NCBI RefSeq assembly: GCF_013167455.1
Contig: NZ_CP038328.1
DNA: 64,000 nt
From: Escherichia coli O157:H7
GTDB lineage: Bacteria > Pseudomonadota > Gammaproteobacteria > Enterobacterales > Enterobacteriaceae
Strand: one strand, 5' to 3'
Part shown: piece by piece, positions 22,407-34,849 of the stretch
Numbering within the stretch: the first letter of the stretch is position 1
Layout: each line of letters starts with the position of its first letter
The notes under the pieces: model-generated
The model's input: only the letters and a program-made list of their open reading frames with translations
Databases searched by the model: none
Told to the model about the DNA's origin: nothing
Position numbers and translations under genes: made by a program

Positions 22407-23081
22407 TCACCTGTATAACCAGTACGCGGTGCTTTCTACATTCGCACCACTTTGTATGTATCGTTTAAGCGCGGCGGTGTTGCCCATTTGGGTCGCCACC
22501 CGCAAAGTTGTTTTACCGCGAGCATACGCCCAGTTTAGCGCCGTTTGCATCAGCTCAGCACCTGCACCGCGTCCAGCCAGCAGGCCAATTCGCGCATCTG
22601 TAGCATTGAGTTCCCGTAAAGAGACATAACCGCGAATATCGCCGGACGCCGCACGTAAAATCAGACATTGATGATCAAAGGTGCCGCGCACGGCATTTTC
22701 AATCCACTGTGCATAAAAGCGACTGCTGGCGTCAGGCGCATACCACGGCGCACGAAAACGGCTTTGCGCAAATGCGGCGCTGGCTAACTGACGTAATGCG
22801 GGAATATCGGTCTCTTGTGCCACTACAGCACCGCTATCACTGGCATTGTTCACGGGTAGCGCCAAATCAACTTCACCTTCTACCAGGGAGAATCCCAGCT
22901 GTTGCAGGGCATCCAGTTCCCCCGTATTTGATGCCGCAATTTTGGCCTGCACCCGTGACCACGGCGCTAACGCGTCTGGCGTCAGGAACGGTGCTTCAGA
23001 CGTAATGCGCACGATGGCGCTGTTAACACCAAAGAAGGCGTTTTCCCAGGTTAGTGGCTCAATACTGGCGCGGACGGGCAC
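22407..23081 (-). CDS. wecD: dTDP-fucosamine acetyltransferase (GNAT)
   Basis: 224-aa ORF; overlaps rffH 3' end by 23 nt; true start not verified. Confidence 0.8.
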   Translation of the reverse strand: MPVRASIEPLTWENAFFGVNSAIVRITSEAPFLTPDALAPWSRVQAKIAASNTGELDALQQLGFSLVEGEVDLALPVNNASDSGAVVAQETDIPALRQLASAAFAQSRFRAPWYAPDASSRFYAQWIENAVRGTFDHQCLILRAASGDIRGYVSLRELNATDARIGLLAGRGAGAELMQTALNWAYARGKTTLRVATQMGNTAALKRYIQSGANVESTAYWLYR

Positions 23082-23940
23082 GAAGTAACTCCAGCAGATA
23101 TTGGCCGTAGCCAGTTTTCGCTAATGAACTGGCAGCACGCTTCACACCCTCGTCATCGAGCCAGCCGTTACGCCAGGCGATCTCTTCCAGGCAGGCAATC
23201 TTAAAGCCCTGGCGTTTTTCCACCGTCTGTACAAAGGTGCTGGCTTCAATCAGGCTGTCGTGAGTGCCAGTGTCCAGCCAGGCAAATCCGCGCCCGAGCA
23301 GTTCAACGGTCAGGTTGCCCGCCTCGAGGTACATCTGGTTGATGGAGGTAATCTCCAGTTCACCACGCTCCGACGGCTTCACCTGCTTTGCGTACTCCAC
23401 GACTTTACTGTCGTAGAAATAAAGCCCGGTCACCGCCCAGTTTGATTTCGGCTGTTTTGGCTTTTCTTCCAGCGAGATAGCGCGGAAATTATCGTCAAAC
23501 TCCACCACGCCAAAGCGTTCCGGGTCCATCACCTGATAGCCAAAAACCGTCGCCACTTCCGTGCGCGCCGCAACATGACGCAGCTTCGGACTGAAGCCCT
23601 GACCGAAGAAGATGTTATCGCCCAGCACCAGACAAGAAGGTTCACCATTAAGGAAGGTTTCACCGATGATAAAGGCCTGCGCCAGACCGTCCGGGCTGGG
23701 CTGTTCGGCATATTCCAGCTGGATACCGAACTCACTACCATCGCCCAGCAGGCGCTGGAAATAACCTTTATCTTCCGGCGTAGTGATGATGAGAATTTCG
23801 CGGATACCGGCCAGCATCAGCACCGACAGCGGATAGTAAATCATTGGCTTATCGTAAATCGGCAACAGTTGCTTCGATACGCCGCGCGTAATCGGATGCA
23901 ATCGGGTACCGGAACCGCCCGCCAGGATAATACCTTTCAT
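23059..23940 (-). CDS. rffH: Glucose-1-phosphate thymidylyltransferase
   Basis: 293-aa [21 protein letters not shown]... (nucleotidyltransferase G-loop). Confidence 0.92.
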   Translation of the reverse strand: MKGIILAGGSGTRLHPITRGVSKQLLPIYDKPMIYYPLSVLMLAGIREILIITTPEDKGYFQRLLGDGSEFGIQLEYAEQPSPDGLAQAFIIGETFLNGEPSCLVLGDNIFFGQGFSPKLRHVAARTEVATVFGYQVMDPERFGVVEFDDNFRAISLEEKPKQPKSNWAVTGLYFYDSKVVEYAKQVKPSERGELEITSINQMYLEAGNLTVELLGRGFAWLDTGTHDSLIEASTFVQTVEKRQGFKIACLEEIAWRNGWLDDEGVKRAASSLAKTGYGQYLLELLRARPRQY

Positions 23941-23958
23941 GTTTGCCTCCGCTGAAAA

Positions 23959-25026
23959 TTAGCCTTTCAGACCTAAACGCTCGCCCTGATAGCTGCCGTC
24001 CTGCACCTGCTTCCTCCAGCTTTCATTAGCCAGATACCACTGCACCGTTTTACGCATTCCACTTTCAAAGGTTTCCTGCGGCAGCCAGCCAAGTTCACGG
24101 GCAATTTTCGAAGCATCAATGGCATAGCGCAGATCATGCCCCGGACGGTCAGCGACAAAGGTGATCAAGTCACGATAATGCACCACGCCTTGCGGCTTGT
24201 TCGGAGCCAGTTCTTCCAGCAGCTCGCAAATGGTTTCCACAACATCGAGATTCTTACGCTCGTTGTGACCACCAATATTATAGGTTTCACCGACTTTCCC
24301 GGTGGTCGCCACGCAATACAGCGCGCGGGCGTGATCTTCAACATACAGCCAGTCACGGATTTGCTGCCCGTTGCCATATACCGGTAGCGGTTTACCCGCC
24401 AGCGCGTTGAGGATCATCAGCGGGATCAGTTTTTCCGGAAAGTGGTAAGGACCGTAGTTATTCGAGCAGTTGGTGATAAGCGTTGGCAGACCATAGGTTC
24501 GCAGCCAGGCGCGCACCAGATGGTCGCTGCTGGCTTTTGACGCGGAATAAGGGCTGCTCGGCGCATACGGCGTGGTTTCGGTGAAGAAATCATCCGTCGA
24601 GTGCAGGTCACCATATACTTCGTCAGTGGAGATATGATGAAAACGGAACGCTGATTTTTTATCTTCCGTCAGCGCATTCCAGTAAGCCCGCGCCGCTTCA
24701 AGCAATGTATAAGTCCCGACAATGTTGGTTTCAATAAACGCTGCCGGGCCGTCAATAGAACGGTCAACATGGCTTTCGGCTGCCAGATGCATGACACAGT
24801 CTGGCTGATGCTCAGTGAATACGCGCGCCAGTTCTGCCCGATCGCAGATATCAACTTTCTCAAAGGCAAAGCGCTCGCTTTGCGCGACCGGTGCCAGCGA
24901 CATCAGGTTTCCGGCGTAGGTCAGCTTATCGACCACTACCACCGCGTCGCTCGTTTCGTTGATGATATAACGCACCAGCGCCGAGCCAATAAACCCGGCA
25001 CCGCCTGTTATCAGAATCTTTCTCAT
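23959..25026 (-). CDS. rffG: dTDP-glucose 4,6-dehydratase
   Basis: 355-aa [22 protein letters not shown]... (Rossmann GxxGxxG, SDR family). Confidence 0.92.
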   Translation of the reverse strand: MRKILITGGAGFIGSALVRYIINETSDAVVVVDKLTYAGNLMSLAPVAQSERFAFEKVDICDRAELARVFTEHQPDCVMHLAAESHVDRSIDGPAAFIETNIVGTYTLLEAARAYWNALTEDKKSAFRFHHISTDEVYGDLHSTDDFFTETTPYAPSSPYSASKASSDHLVRAWLRTYGLPTLITNCSNNYGPYHFPEKLIPLMILNALAGKPLPVYGNGQQIRDWLYVEDHARALYCVATTGKVGETYNIGGHNERKNLDVVETICELLEELAPNKPQGVVHYRDLITFVADRPGHDLRYAIDASKIARELGWLPQETFESGMRKTVQWYLANESWRKQVQDGSYQGERLGLKG

Positions 25027-26288
25027 CAGCGCCAGACTCCTTTAGCATCGACGACATACTGCTGATGGACATTGTCGCCATTGATAACTTTGAACTGACT
25101 ATGATCGACCAGCATCACCAGCACGTCTGCCGTTGCCAGCGCCTCGTCAAGCTGCGCCAGAGTACAAAGCCCGGTCAGTTTTTTCGGCAACTGGTGGATG
25201 TTAGGCTCAACAACCAGAGTTTCGCCGCTATGCCACTGGGCGATCAGTTCAGCGATTTCCATCGCCGGGCTTTCGCGCAGGTCATCAATATTCGGTTTAA
25301 ACGCCAGACCAAAGCAGGCGATTTTCAGTTCACTGGCGCGTTTATCGGTAGCCGCCAGGCAATCAGCCACCGCCGCTTTCACCTGATCGATAACCCAGAA
25401 CGGTTTGTGATCGTTCACTTCGCGCGCGGTACGGATAAGCCGCGCCTGCTGGGGGTTCTGTGCCACGATAAACCACGGATCAACAGCAATGCAGTGACCG
25501 CCCACGCCAGGGCCAGGCTGAAGAATATTAACGCGAGGGTGACGATTCGCCAGGCGAATCAGTTCCCAGACGTTAATCCCCTGATCGGCACAAATCAGCG
25601 ACAATTCATTAGCAAAAGCGATATTCACATCGCGGAAGCTGTTTTCGGTGAGCTTACACATTTCCGCCGTCCGCGAGTTAGTGACGACACACTCACCTTC
25701 GAGGAAAATTTTGTACAGTTCGCTGGCGCGGGCCGAACAAACCGGCGTCATACCACCAATCACGCGATCGTTTTTAATCAGCTCGACCATAACCTGGCCC
25801 GGTAACACGCGTTCCGGGCAGTAAGCAATGTTGACGTCCGCCTGCTCGCCCACCTGCTGTGGGAAAGTGAGATCCGGACGCATCTCTGCTAACCATTCTG
25901 CCATCTTCTCGGTTGACCCCACCGGCGAGGTGGATTCAAGGATCACCAGCGCGCCTTTTTTCAGCACTGGCGCAATGGAGCGAGCAGCCGATTCAACGTA
26001 GGTCATATCTGGCTCATGATCGCCTTTAAACGGCGTGGGTACAGCAATCAGCCAGGCATCCGCTTCAACTGGCGTCGTGCTCGCTCGTAAAAAACCGCCT
26101 TCTACGGCAGTTTTTACTACGCTCGCCAAATCAGGCTCGACGATATGGATTTCGCCACGATTGATGGTATCAACCGCGTGTTGGTTGATATCGACACCAA
26201 TCACCTGTTTTTGCCGTGAGGCAAACGCTGCTGCTGTAGGCAGCCCGATGTAACCCAGTCCGATAACAGAAATGGTCGCAAAACTCAT
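25026..26288 (-). CDS. wecC: UDP-N-acetyl-D-mannosamine dehydrogenase
   Basis: 420-aa [26 protein letters not shown]... (UDP-sugar dehydrogenase family). Confidence 0.92.
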   Translation of the reverse strand: MSFATISVIGLGYIGLPTAAAFASRQKQVIGVDINQHAVDTINRGEIHIVEPDLASVVKTAVEGGFLRASTTPVEADAWLIAVPTPFKGDHEPDMTYVESAARSIAPVLKKGALVILESTSPVGSTEKMAEWLAEMRPDLTFPQQVGEQADVNIAYCPERVLPGQVMVELIKNDRVIGGMTPVCSARASELYKIFLEGECVVTNSRTAEMCKLTENSFRDVNIAFANELSLICADQGINVWELIRLANRHPRVNILQPGPGVGGHCIAVDPWFIVAQNPQQARLIRTAREVNDHKPFWVIDQVKAAVADCLAATDKRASELKIACFGLAFKPNIDDLRESPAMEIAELIAQWHSGETLVVEPNIHQLPKKLTGLCTLAQLDEALATADVLVMLVDHSQFKVINGDNVHQQYVVDAKGVWR

Positions 26289-27415
26289 AGTGATATCCGA
26301 TTATTTTTTAACGCTTCCAGAATGCGAGAGCATGCCTGACCATCACCATACGGGTTATGGGCGCGGCTCATAGTTTGATATTCGTTTTCGTCTTTTAAAA
26401 GACGCGTCACTTCCTCGACAATTCGCTGCTTATCCGTGCCTACCAGACGCACCGTACCCGCCGTCACCGCTTCCGGACGCTCAGTGGTATCGCGCATCAC
26501 CAGCACCGGTTTCCCCAGCGAAGGCGCTTCTTCCTGAATGCCGCCTGAGTCGGTCAAAATCAGCCAGGCGTGGTTCATCAGCCAGACAAACGGTAAATAC
26601 TCCTGAGGATCGATCAGAATGACATTTTTCACATGCCCCAGAATGCGATTGACCGGCTCTCTGACGTTCGGGTTGAGATGCACCGGATAGACAATCTGGA
26701 TGTCCTGGTGCGTGGTGGCGATGTCTGCCAGCGCGTGGCAGATTTCTTCAAAGCCACGACCGAAGCTTTCACGCCTGTGACCGGTCACCAGAATCATCTT
26801 TTTATCGGGGTCGATAAACGGGTAATTTGCCGCAAGTTCTGAACGCAGCGTGTCGCTGCTCATCACCTGGTCACGCACCCATAACAGTGCATCAATGACT
26901 GTATTACCGGTAATGAAGATTCGGCTATCTGCAACGTTTTCACGCAGCAAGTTTTGCCGGGAAGTTTCGGTTGGAGAGAAATGATACATCGCCAGATGCC
27001 CGGTCAATGTACGGTTAGCCTCTTCCGGCCACGGCGAATAGAGATCGCCCGTGCGTAAACCAGCCTCAACGTGACCAACAGGAATACGCTGATAAAACGC
27101 CGCCAGGCTGGTTGCCAGCGTCGTCGTTGTGTCGCCGTGAACCAGCACGACGTCTGGTTTGAACTCGGCAAGAATAGGTTTTAGCCCTTCCAGAATCCGA
27201 CAGGTTATCTCTGTCAGGCCCTGTCCTGGCTGCATTATGTTGAGATCGTAGTCAGGTACAATGGAAAAGAGTTTCAGCACCTGATCGAGCATCTCCCGAT
27301 GCTGCGCAGTGACGCAAACTTTAGCCTCAAAAAAAGGATCTTTTGCCAACGCATGCACCAACGGAGCCATCTTGATGGCTTCCGGGCGCGTACCAAATAC
27401 AGTCAGTACTTTCAC
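26285..27415 (-). CDS. wecB: UDP-N-acetylglucosamine 2-epimerase, GTG start
   Basis: Translation (V)[19 protein letters not shown]...; track ORF extends to 27457; GTG at 27413-27415 matches the known N-terminus as I recall. Confidence 0.85.
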   Translation of the reverse strand: MKVLTVFGTRPEAIKMAPLVHALAKDPFFEAKVCVTAQHREMLDQVLKLFSIVPDYDLNIMQPGQGLTEITCRILEGLKPILAEFKPDVVLVHGDTTTTLATSLAAFYQRIPVGHVEAGLRTGDLYSPWPEEANRTLTGHLAMYHFSPTETSRQNLLRENVADSRIFITGNTVIDALLWVRDQVMSSDTLRSELAANYPFIDPDKKMILVTGHRRESFGRGFEEICHALADIATTHQDIQIVYPVHLNPNVREPVNRILGHVKNVILIDPQEYLPFVWLMNHAWLILTDSGGIQEEAPSLGKPVLVMRDTTERPEAVTAGTVRLVGTDKQRIVEEVTRLLKDENEYQTMSRAHNPYGDGQACSRILEALKNNRISL

Positions 27416-27470
27416 ATCGATTCTCTTCGAATAAGCGGCGAGCGCCTTTGCGCTCACCGCAGCAGTGTTG

Positions 27471-28520
27471 CTATTTCGAGCAACGGCGGGTTAATGCGAC
27501 ACCAGCCCCGATCAGCCCCCCGACAATGCCCCACATAATCATCAGGAAGGCACGACGTGGGCTATCGCGTTTTACCGGTTCTTCCGGCGTACGCAAATAG
27601 CGATAGGTCTGAAAACGCGGATCCAGGGTTGGACCAACATTCAGGGTGTTTAACATGGCCCGATTCTGATCATAGTCGAGATCAAAGGCCGGACCGACGG
27701 CCTGTAAATTTTCCAGTCGAGCCTGGAGCATTGGACGCCCAAGCAGGAACATTTCTGAATCAGGTAATTCCTCGGCAGGCACATCTGTCGCACTGCGCGA
27801 AATATTATGCTGCTCAGCAATTTTCAGCGCCTGCTCAATGCTGTTCATCCGGCGGTCGTAGATGGCTTTCGCCACCTCTTCCTGACGCTTCACCTGTGCT
27901 TTCATCTGGATGGTACGCGCCGCCCATGCGCCTTTCAGCTCATCATTCAGATGGCTGGCTGCACGCTGGCTGGCAAAAGCAACATACTGACGTAACAGGT
28001 TATTAGCGTCAGGCGCGGTTTCGGCAATAAGCTTCACGCTGTCATTGACCGCGCGGGTAAAGTCTCCGGGGATAAACTGGATGTTGTTAATCATTTCATC
28101 CAGCAACGCCGCATCGGCTTTGCTGTTGCCCACCATCCGCTGCTTGTAATAGTCGGTTTGCAGCCAGAACTCTCTGCGGGTATCCCACGAGGCCAGTTGC
28201 ATAACAAACTCTTTATAGGCTTCGTCCATGACCGATGGTTGGTCGGCAGAAGCCATGTTTGAACGGACATCCAGGTTACGCAAAAATTGCTGCTGCGAGT
28301 AATATCCCCCCAGCATATTCACCGTTGGACGATCGGTAATCGCCGTCGAGCTCCACTCCTGACGAGCAAAAAACGTATACGCCAGCGCGATTAACGCAAA
28401 CGCCAGCCCCATGCCAATAATCCATAGCTTCCCAGCCCACAAGGTACGAAACAACCCACGAATATCCAGTTCATTTTCAGCGTCTTCGGCCGGTTTCCCA
28501 GGCATTGGTTGTGTCATCAC
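27471..28520 (-). CDS. wzzE: ECA chain-length regulator (Wzz family)
   Basis: 349-aa ORF with N- and C-terminal TM segments flanking a periplasmic coiled-coil domain. Confidence 0.9.
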   Translation of the reverse strand: MMTQPMPGKPAEDAENELDIRGLFRTLWAGKLWIIGMGLAFALIALAYTFFARQEWSSTAITDRPTVNMLGGYYSQQQFLRNLDVRSNMASADQPSVMDEAYKEFVMQLASWDTRREFWLQTDYYKQRMVGNSKADAALLDEMINNIQFIPGDFTRAVNDSVKLIAETAPDANNLLRQYVAFASQRAASHLNDELKGAWAARTIQMKAQVKRQEEVAKAIYDRRMNSIEQALKIAEQHNISRSATDVPAEELPDSEMFLLGRPMLQARLENLQAVGPAFDLDYDQNRAMLNTLNVGPTLDPRFQTYRYLRTPEEPVKRDSPRRAFLMIMWGIVGGLIGAGVALTRRCSK

Positions 28521-28528
28521 ATCCTCAT

Positions 28529-29632
28529 TTATTTGGTTAAATTGGGGCTGCCACCACGATTTCTACGCAGTCTGCGTTTTACGCGCTTAATAAAGCGAGC
28601 AACTTTCCAGGCACGCTTAATGCAATATCCATAGAGGAGGAATGCTAGCAAAAAGAGCACCAACATGACCCACTCCGGGACAAAATGAGAATATTCTGCC
28701 AGCACGCCAATGGAAGCGAGCAGTGCTGCGGCAAGGGTAATCAGCACAAACGCCTGGCGGGAAGTAAACCCGGCACGCATGATCAAATGGTGAATATGCT
28801 GACGGTCAGGAGAGAATGGGCTCATGCCTTTACGCAGGCGACGGTACATAATCGCCACCATATCCATTAGCGGAATGGCGATTATCCACAAAGCGGTAAC
28901 CGGGCTGATGGGATGGGTTTTGCCTTGGGTCGTTTCGAGCAGGATCCAGATCACGGTAAAACCAATCAGCGTACTGCCCGCATCACCCATAAAGACTTTG
29001 TAGCGGCGACCCAGGATACCAAGGTTAAGCATGATATATGGCAGGATGGCGGCGATCATCGCAAAGCACCAGATTGCGAGGCTGGTTTGCCCGTCGAACC
29101 ACAAAATCATACCGATTGCTGCAAACGAGACGCAGGACAACCCGCCCAGCAAGCCATCAATGCCATCAACCATGTTGAACGCATTAATGGCCGCCCAGAC
29201 GGCAAATAGCGTCAGGAAGTAACCAAACGGTCCGAGCACCATCTCCCAGGAGCCAAAGATATAACCCAGGCTACTGAGATAAAGGTTGCCAAACACCATC
29301 ATAACAATGCCAACAGCGGCCTGTATGGTGGCACGGATTTTTACGCTGATATCAAAACGGTCATCCAGCGCGCCAATGAAAACAAGCACACCGGCACAAG
29401 CGAGATAGAGAGATGCATGCGGAATATAGTAATCGACAATTCCGAACGTGAAGCAAATCCCTGCGTAAACCGAAATACCCCCAACGAGTGGTATCAACCC
29501 CTGGTGACGTTTGCGGAAGTTTGGTTTATCCACTAAACCGACTTTTTTTGCCACCTTACGGGCAAAAAACAGAAACAGTGTCGTGAATAAAAAAATACTG
29601 ATGAGATCAGTACTCACTGTCAGTAAATTCAC
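28529..29632 (-). CDS. wecA: UDP-GlcNAc:undecaprenyl-phosphate GlcNAc-1-phosphate transferase
   Basis: 367-aa polytopic membrane ORF MNLLTVSTDLISIFLFTTLFLFFARKVAKKVGLVDKPNFRKRH...; first gene of wec cluster. Confidence 0.92.
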   Translation of the reverse strand: MNLLTVSTDLISIFLFTTLFLFFARKVAKKVGLVDKPNFRKRHQGLIPLVGGISVYAGICFTFGIVDYYIPHASLYLACAGVLVFIGALDDRFDISVKIRATIQAAVGIVMMVFGNLYLSSLGYIFGSWEMVLGPFGYFLTLFAVWAAINAFNMVDGIDGLLGGLSCVSFAAIGMILWFDGQTSLAIWCFAMIAAILPYIMLNLGILGRRYKVFMGDAGSTLIGFTVIWILLETTQGKTHPISPVTALWIIAIPLMDMVAIMYRRLRKGMSPFSPDRQHIHHLIMRAGFTSRQAFVLITLAAALLASIGVLAEYSHFVPEWVMLVLFLLAFLLYGYCIKRAWKVARFIKRVKRRLRRNRGGSPNLTK

Positions 29633-29820
29633 AATGCATGCTCTCAGAGAAAATTATTAGCAGAAGTATAACCACGAAGACCTTTATTCAGAAGGGAAAG
29701 TCCGTTCCGAACCCACCAGTCCTGTGCAAAAATTAACCATTTGATATGCAAATTGCATAACATGCCAGCAAATTCCAGGAATTTTCCTAACATCGCCAGC
29801 GCGGCATTAAGATTACAGAT

Positions 29821-29856
29821 ATAAAAGCAAAACGCCACGTAAACACGTGGCGTTTT
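29821..29856 (-). terminator. Intrinsic terminator downstream of rho
   Basis: Minus-strand hairpin AAAACGCCACGUGUUUACGUGGCGUUUU followed by GCUUUUAU. Confidence 0.75.
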
Positions 29857-29871
29857 TGGCATAAGACAAAT

Positions 29872-31131
29872 TTATGAGCGTTTCATCATTTCGAAGAAAT
29901 CGTCATTGGTCTTGGTCATTGCCAGTTTATTAATGAGGAATTCCATTGCATCGATTTCGCCCATCGGGTGAATGATTTTGCGCAGGATCCACATTTTCTG
30001 CAGTTCTTCCTGAGTCGTGAGCAGCTCTTCTTTACGGGTACCGGAACGGTTGTAGTCGATAGCCGGGAAGACGCGTTTTTCAGCGATCTTACGAGAGAGG
30101 TGCAGTTCCATGTTGCCTGTACCTTTAAACTCTTCGTAAATAACTTCGTCCATTTTAGAACCGGTATCGATAAGCGCCGTCGCGATAATGGTCAGGCTGC
30201 CGCCCTCTTCCACGTTACGCGCCGCACCGAAGAAGCGTTTCGGACGATGCAGGGCGTTGGCATCCACACCACCGGTCAACACTTTACCTGACGCCGGAAC
30301 AACGGTGTTGTAAGCGCGCGCCAGACGAGTGATGGAGTCGAGCAGAATGATAACGTCTTTCTTGTGCTCAACCAGGCGTTTCGCCTTCTCGATCACCATT
30401 TCCGCAACCTGAACGTGGCGAGATGCGGGTTCGTCAAAGGTAGAAGCAACAACTTCACCTTTTACCAGTCGCTGCATCTCGGTTACTTCTTCCGGACGTT
30501 CGTCGATCAGCAGAACCATCAGCACACAATCCGGGTGGTTGTAAGCAATGCTCTGAGCAATGTTCTGCAGCAGCATGGTTTTACCGGCTTTCGGCGGTGC
30601 CACAATCAGACCACGCTGACCACGACCGATAGGTGATGCCAGATCCAGTACGCGAGCGGTTAAATCTTCAGTAGAACCGTTACCACGTTCCATACGCAGA
30701 CGAGAGTTTGCGTGCAGCGGGGTTAAGTTCTCAAAGAGGATTTTGTTGCGGGCGTTTTCAGGTTTGTCGAAGTTAACTTCGTTAACTTTCAGCAGCGCAA
30801 AATAGCGTTCACCTTCTTTCGGCGGGCGAATCTTACCAGAGATGGTATCACCAGTGCGGAGGTTGAAACGGCGGATTTGGCTAGGGGAAACGTAGATGTC
30901 ATCAGGACCGGCGAGGTAGGAGCTGTCTGCGGAACGGAGGAAACCAAATCCATCCTGCAATATCTCCAGTACGCCATCACCAAAGATATCTTCGCCACTC
31001 TTTGCGTGCTGCTTCAGGATGGCAAAAATAATGTCCTGCTTACGCATACGAGCCAGGTTTTCCAGCCCCATATTTTCGCCGAGAGTGATCAGCTCAGAAA
31101 CCGGCGTATTCTTTAATTCGGTAAGATTCAT
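29872..31131 (-). CDS. rho: Transcription termination factor Rho
   Basis: Translation [41 protein letters not shown]..., Walker [16 protein letters not shown]; track ORF has a 24-codon upstream extension. Confidence 0.97.
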
Positions 31132-31215
31132 AGTGGTGTGAGTTCTTAAACTTGGGGTAAATCTCGAACTTAATGTTGTGAATGGTATGGCAGGATCATC
31201 CATGCCTGTTTACGG

Positions 31216-31317
31216 TCATCGACTCATGTCTTTTCGCTGCCTGGTCACAGGAGAGTACGCAGAACTGAAACGACAAGACGGATTGAGTGACGAGCCAGAA
31301 ATCTGTTCACTTCGCAT
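31216..31317 (-). CDS. rhoL: rho leader peptide
   Basis: 33-codon minus-strand ORF MRSEQISGSSLNPSCRFSSAYSPVTRQRKDMSR in the rho 5' leader (below the ORF-track size cut-off). Confidence 0.7.
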   Translation of the reverse strand: MRSEQISGSSLNPSCRFSSAYSPVTRQRKDMSR

Positions 31318-31457
31318 TTAAGATAAAACGGGAAGCGTTGGAAATTACAAGATTCAAACTTAATAAGGTATGTTTAATACGAAGTCAACACTAAGTTAGC
31401 ATGACTCACGCCGGGCGTCCAGTTTTTAGCGACGGGGCACCCGAACATGAAATTCCC

Positions 31458-31787
31458 TTACGCCAGGTTAGCGTCGAGGAACTCTTTCAACTGACCTTTA
31501 GACAGTGCGCCCACTTTGGTTGCCGCCACTTCACCGTTTTTGAACAGCAGCAGAGTCGGGATACCACGGATGCCATATTTCGGCGCAGTGCCAGGGTTTT
31601 GATCGATGTTCAGTTTTGCAACGGTCAGTTTGCCCTGATATTCGTCAGCGATTTCATCCAGAATCGGGGCGATCATTTTGCACGGACCGCACCACTCTGC
31701 CCAGAAATCGACGAGGATCGCCCCGTCCGCTTTGAGTACATCCGTGTCAAAACTGTCGTCAGTCAGGTGAATAATTTTATCGCTCAT
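31458..31787 (-). CDS. trxA: Thioredoxin 1
   Basis: Translation [41 protein letters not shown]... (WCGPC active site); track ORF has a 35-codon upstream extension. Confidence 0.97.
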
Positions 31788-31917
31788 ATATAACTCCACA
31801 GGAATAAGCCTGGCGTGTTGGTTTCGTTGTTGGTGTAACATTAACCAACTAAAGGTTGACTTTATTTCACCGGATACGCTTTCGTAAAGCAATAGTAAGC
31901 TGATATTCTACCACACT

Positions 31918-33183
31918 ATGAGCAAAACACATTTAACAGAACAGAAGTTTTCCGACTTCGCCCTGCATCCGAAGGTTGTAGAAGCCCTTGAAAAAAAAGG
32001 GTTTCATAACTGTACGCCCATTCAGGCACTGGCCCTTCCGCTGACGCTGGCGGGTCGTGACGTAGCCGGGCAGGCGCAAACCGGTACCGGGAAAACGATG
32101 GCGTTTCTTACGTCAACGTTTCATTGTCTTCTCTCTCATCCCGCGATTGCCGATCGCAAGGTGAATCAGCCGCGTGCCTTAATTATGGCACCGACGCGTG
32201 AACTTGCCGTGCAGATCCATGCCGATGCGGAACCGCTGGCGGAAGCTACCGGCCTGAAGCTGGGTCTGGCTTACGGTGGTGATGGTTACGACAAACAGCT
32301 GAAAGTGCTGGAAAGCGGCGTTGACATTCTGATTGGCACCACGGGGCGTTTAATTGACTACGCCAAGCAGAACCACATTAACCTCGGTGCCATTCAGGTA
32401 GTGGTACTGGACGAAGCCGATCGCATGTACGATCTGGGCTTTATTAAAGATATCCGCTGGCTGTTCCGCCGTATGCCGCCTGCAAACCAGCGCCTCAACA
32501 TGCTGTTCTCCGCCACGCTTTCGTACCGGGTACGTGAACTGGCGTTCGAGCAGATGAACAATGCCGAATATATTGAAGTGGAACCGGAACAGAAAACGGG
32601 CCACCGTATTAAAGAAGAGCTTTTCTACCCTTCTAACGAAGAAAAAATGCGTTTGCTGCAAACGCTGATCGAAGAAGAGTGGCCAGACAGAGCGATTATT
32701 TTCGCCAATACCAAACACCGTTGTGAAGAGATCTGGGGCCACCTGGCGGCAGATGGTCATCGTGTCGGTTTGTTGACAGGCGATGTCGCGCAGAAAAAAC
32801 GTCTGCGTATTCTTGATGAATTTACCCGTGGCGATCTGGATATTCTGGTTGCCACCGACGTTGCCGCGCGTGGTTTGCATATTCCGGCAGTGACGCACGT
32901 CTTTAACTACGATTTACCCGATGACTGTGAAGATTACGTTCACCGTATTGGTCGTACAGGTCGCGCAGGCGCAAGCGGTCACTCTATTAGCCTGGCGTGT
33001 GAAGAGTATGCATTGAATTTGCCTGCTATTGAGACCTATATTGGTCACTCAATTCCGGTAAGCAAATACAATCCGGACGCATTGATGACCGATCTGCCAA
33101 AACCGCTGCGCCTCACGCGCCCGCGCACAGGCAATGGTCCGCGTCGTACTGGCGCTCCGCGTAATCGTCGTCGTTCAGGTTAA
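31918..33183 (+). CDS. rhlB: ATP-dependent RNA helicase RhlB (degradosome DEAD-box helicase)
   Basis: 421-aa ORF with Q-motif, [23 protein letters not shown] motifs and Arg-rich C-tail. Confidence 0.95.
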   Translation: MSKTHLTEQKFSDFALHPKVVEALEKKGFHNCTPIQALALPLTLAGRDVAGQAQTGTGKTMAFLTSTFHCLLSHPAIADRKVNQPRALIMAPTRELAVQIHADAEPLAEATGLKLGLAYGGDGYDKQLKVLESGVDILIGTTGRLIDYAKQNHINLGAIQVVVLDEADRMYDLGFIKDIRWLFRRMPPANQRLNMLFSATLSYRVRELAFEQMNNAEYIEVEPEQKTGHRIKEELFYPSNEEKMRLLQTLIEEEWPDRAIIFANTKHRCEEIWGHLAADGHRVGLLTGDVAQKKRLRILDEFTRGDLDILVATDVAARGLHIPAVTHVFNYDLPDDCEDYVHRIGRTGRAGASGHSISLACEEYALNLPAIETYIGHSIPVSKYNPDALMTDLPKPLRLTRPRTGNGPRRTGAPRNRRRSG

Positions 33184-33318
33184 ATAAAAAATGTCATACT
33201 CAAAATCATTCAAACTGTATCAAGATGGCAAGAGAATGAATCCCGATGAGCTTACTGTAGTAAGTGATTCAGGTGAAAGAATGCAGCCAACACAGAGACA
33301 GATTGAAGGATGAAGAGT

Positions 33319-34803
33319 ATGGGTTCCACCTCATCGCTGTATGCAGCCATTGATCTCGGTTCGAATAGTTTTCATATGCTGGTTGTGCGCGAGGTGGCTG
33401 GAAGCATCCAGACGCTGACGCGAATAAAACGCAAAGTGCGTCTGGCTGCTGGCCTGAATAGCGAAAATGCCCTCTCCAATGAAGCAATGGAGCGCGGTTG
33501 GCAATGTTTGCGCCTGTTTGCTGAACGTCTGCAAGATATTCCTCCCTCGCAAATTCGCGTTGTCGCTACGGCGACGTTACGCCTTGCCGTCAATGCGGGT
33601 GATTTTATTGCCAAAGCGCAGGAAATCCTCGGTTGTCCGGTACAGGTGATCAGCGGTGAAGAGGAAGCACGTCTGATTTATCAGGGTGTTGCTCACACCA
33701 CTGGCGGTGCCGATCAGCGCCTGGTAGTGGATATCGGCGGTGCCAGTACTGAACTGGTAACCGGCACGGGTGCACAAACCACCTCGTTGTTCAGCCTGTC
33801 GATGGGCTGCGTCACCTGGCTGGAACGCTATTTTGCCGATCGTAATCTGGGGCAGGAAAATTTTGATGCTGCAGAAAAAGCGGCACGCGAAGTGTTACGT
33901 CCGGTTGCCGATGAATTACGGTATCACGGCTGGAAAGTGTGCGTTGGTGCTTCCGGCACCGTGCAGGCGTTACAGGAAATCATGATGGCACAGGGGATGG
34001 ATGAACGCATTACCCTGGAAAAGTTGCAGCAATTGAAACAGCGAGCCATTCATTGCGGTCGGCTGGAGGAACTGGAGATTGACGGGCTGACGCTGGAACG
34101 TGCGTTAGTGTTCCCGAGTGGTCTGGCGATCCTGATCGCCATTTTTACCGAACTGAATATTCAGTGTATGACCCTGGCGGGCGGTGCGCTGCGTGAAGGC
34201 CTGGTCTACGGCATGTTGCATCTGGCCGTCGAGCAGGATATTCGCAGCCGTACGCTGCGTAATATTCAACGCCGCTTTATGATCGATATTGATCAGGCAC
34301 AGCGCGTAGCCAAAGTTGCGGCTAACTTCTTCGATCAGGTGGAAAACGAATGGCATCTTGAAGCAATAAGCCGCGATTTGCTCATCAGCGCCTGTCAGCT
34401 TCATGAAATCGGCCTGAGCGTTGACTTCAAACAAGCGCCGCAACACGCTGCTTATCTGGTGCGTAATCTGGATCTTCCCGGTTTTACCCCCGCACAGAAA
34501 AAATTGCTGGCGACGCTACTGCTCAACCAGACTAATCCGGTCGATCTCTCATCGCTGCATCAGCAAAATGCCGTACCGCCGCGCGTCGCAGAACAACTCT
34601 GCCGTTTACTACGCCTGGCCATCATTTTTGCCAGCCGTCGCCGTGACGATCTCGTGCCAGAGATGACATTACAGGCTAACCATGAACTGTTGACCTTGAC
34701 GCTTCCGCAAGGTTGGCTAACCCAACATCCGCTGGGTAAAGAGATTATTGCTCAGGAAAGCCAGTGGCAGAGCTATGTCCACTGGCCGCTGGAAGTGCAT
34801 TAA
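33319..34803 (+). CDS. gppA: Guanosine pentaphosphate phosphohydrolase / exopolyphosphatase family
   Basis: Translation [23 protein letters not shown]... (Ppx/GppA fold); track ORF begins 3 codons upstream. Confidence 0.92.
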   Translation: MGSTSSLYAAIDLGSNSFHMLVVREVAGSIQTLTRIKRKVRLAAGLNSENALSNEAMERGWQCLRLFAERLQDIPPSQIRVVATATLRLAVNAGDFIAKAQEILGCPVQVISGEEEARLIYQGVAHTTGGADQRLVVDIGGASTELVTGTGAQTTSLFSLSMGCVTWLERYFADRNLGQENFDAAEKAAREVLRPVADELRYHGWKVCVGASGTVQALQEIMMAQGMDERITLEKLQQLKQRAIHCGRLEELEIDGLTLERALVFPSGLAILIAIFTELNIQCMTLAGGALREGLVYGMLHLAVEQDIRSRTLRNIQRRFMIDIDQAQRVAKVAANFFDQVENEWHLEAISRDLLISACQLHEIGLSVDFKQAPQHAAYLVRNLDLPGFTPAQKKLLATLLLNQTNPVDLSSLHQQNAVPPRVAEQLCRLLRLAIIFASRRRDDLVPEMTLQANHELLTLTLPQGWLTQHPLGKEIIAQESQWQSYVHWPLEVH

Positions 34804-34812
34804 TGAGTAAGT

Positions 34813-34845
34813 GCCGGATGCGATGCTGACGCATCTTTTCCGGCC
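34813..34845. repeat. REP element in the gppA-rep convergent spacer
   Basis: GCCGGATGCGATGCTGACGCATCTTTTCCGGCC palindromic unit, same family as the aslA-aslB BIME. Confidence 0.7.
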
Positions 34846-34849
34846 TTGA

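Noticed and set aside
29644-29862. 72-aa minus-strand ORF filling the wecA-rho spacer
   Set aside because: Its 5' part is the rho intrinsic terminator hairpin (29821-29856); there is no RBS and the sequence is hydrophobic and low-complexity. More likely promoter/leader DNA for the wec cluster.
33258-33275. Palindrome CTTACTGTAGTAAG upstream of gppA as a possible LexA/SOS box
   Set aside because: It does not fit the CTGT-N8-ACAG spacing of LexA operators and is probably a chance dyad.
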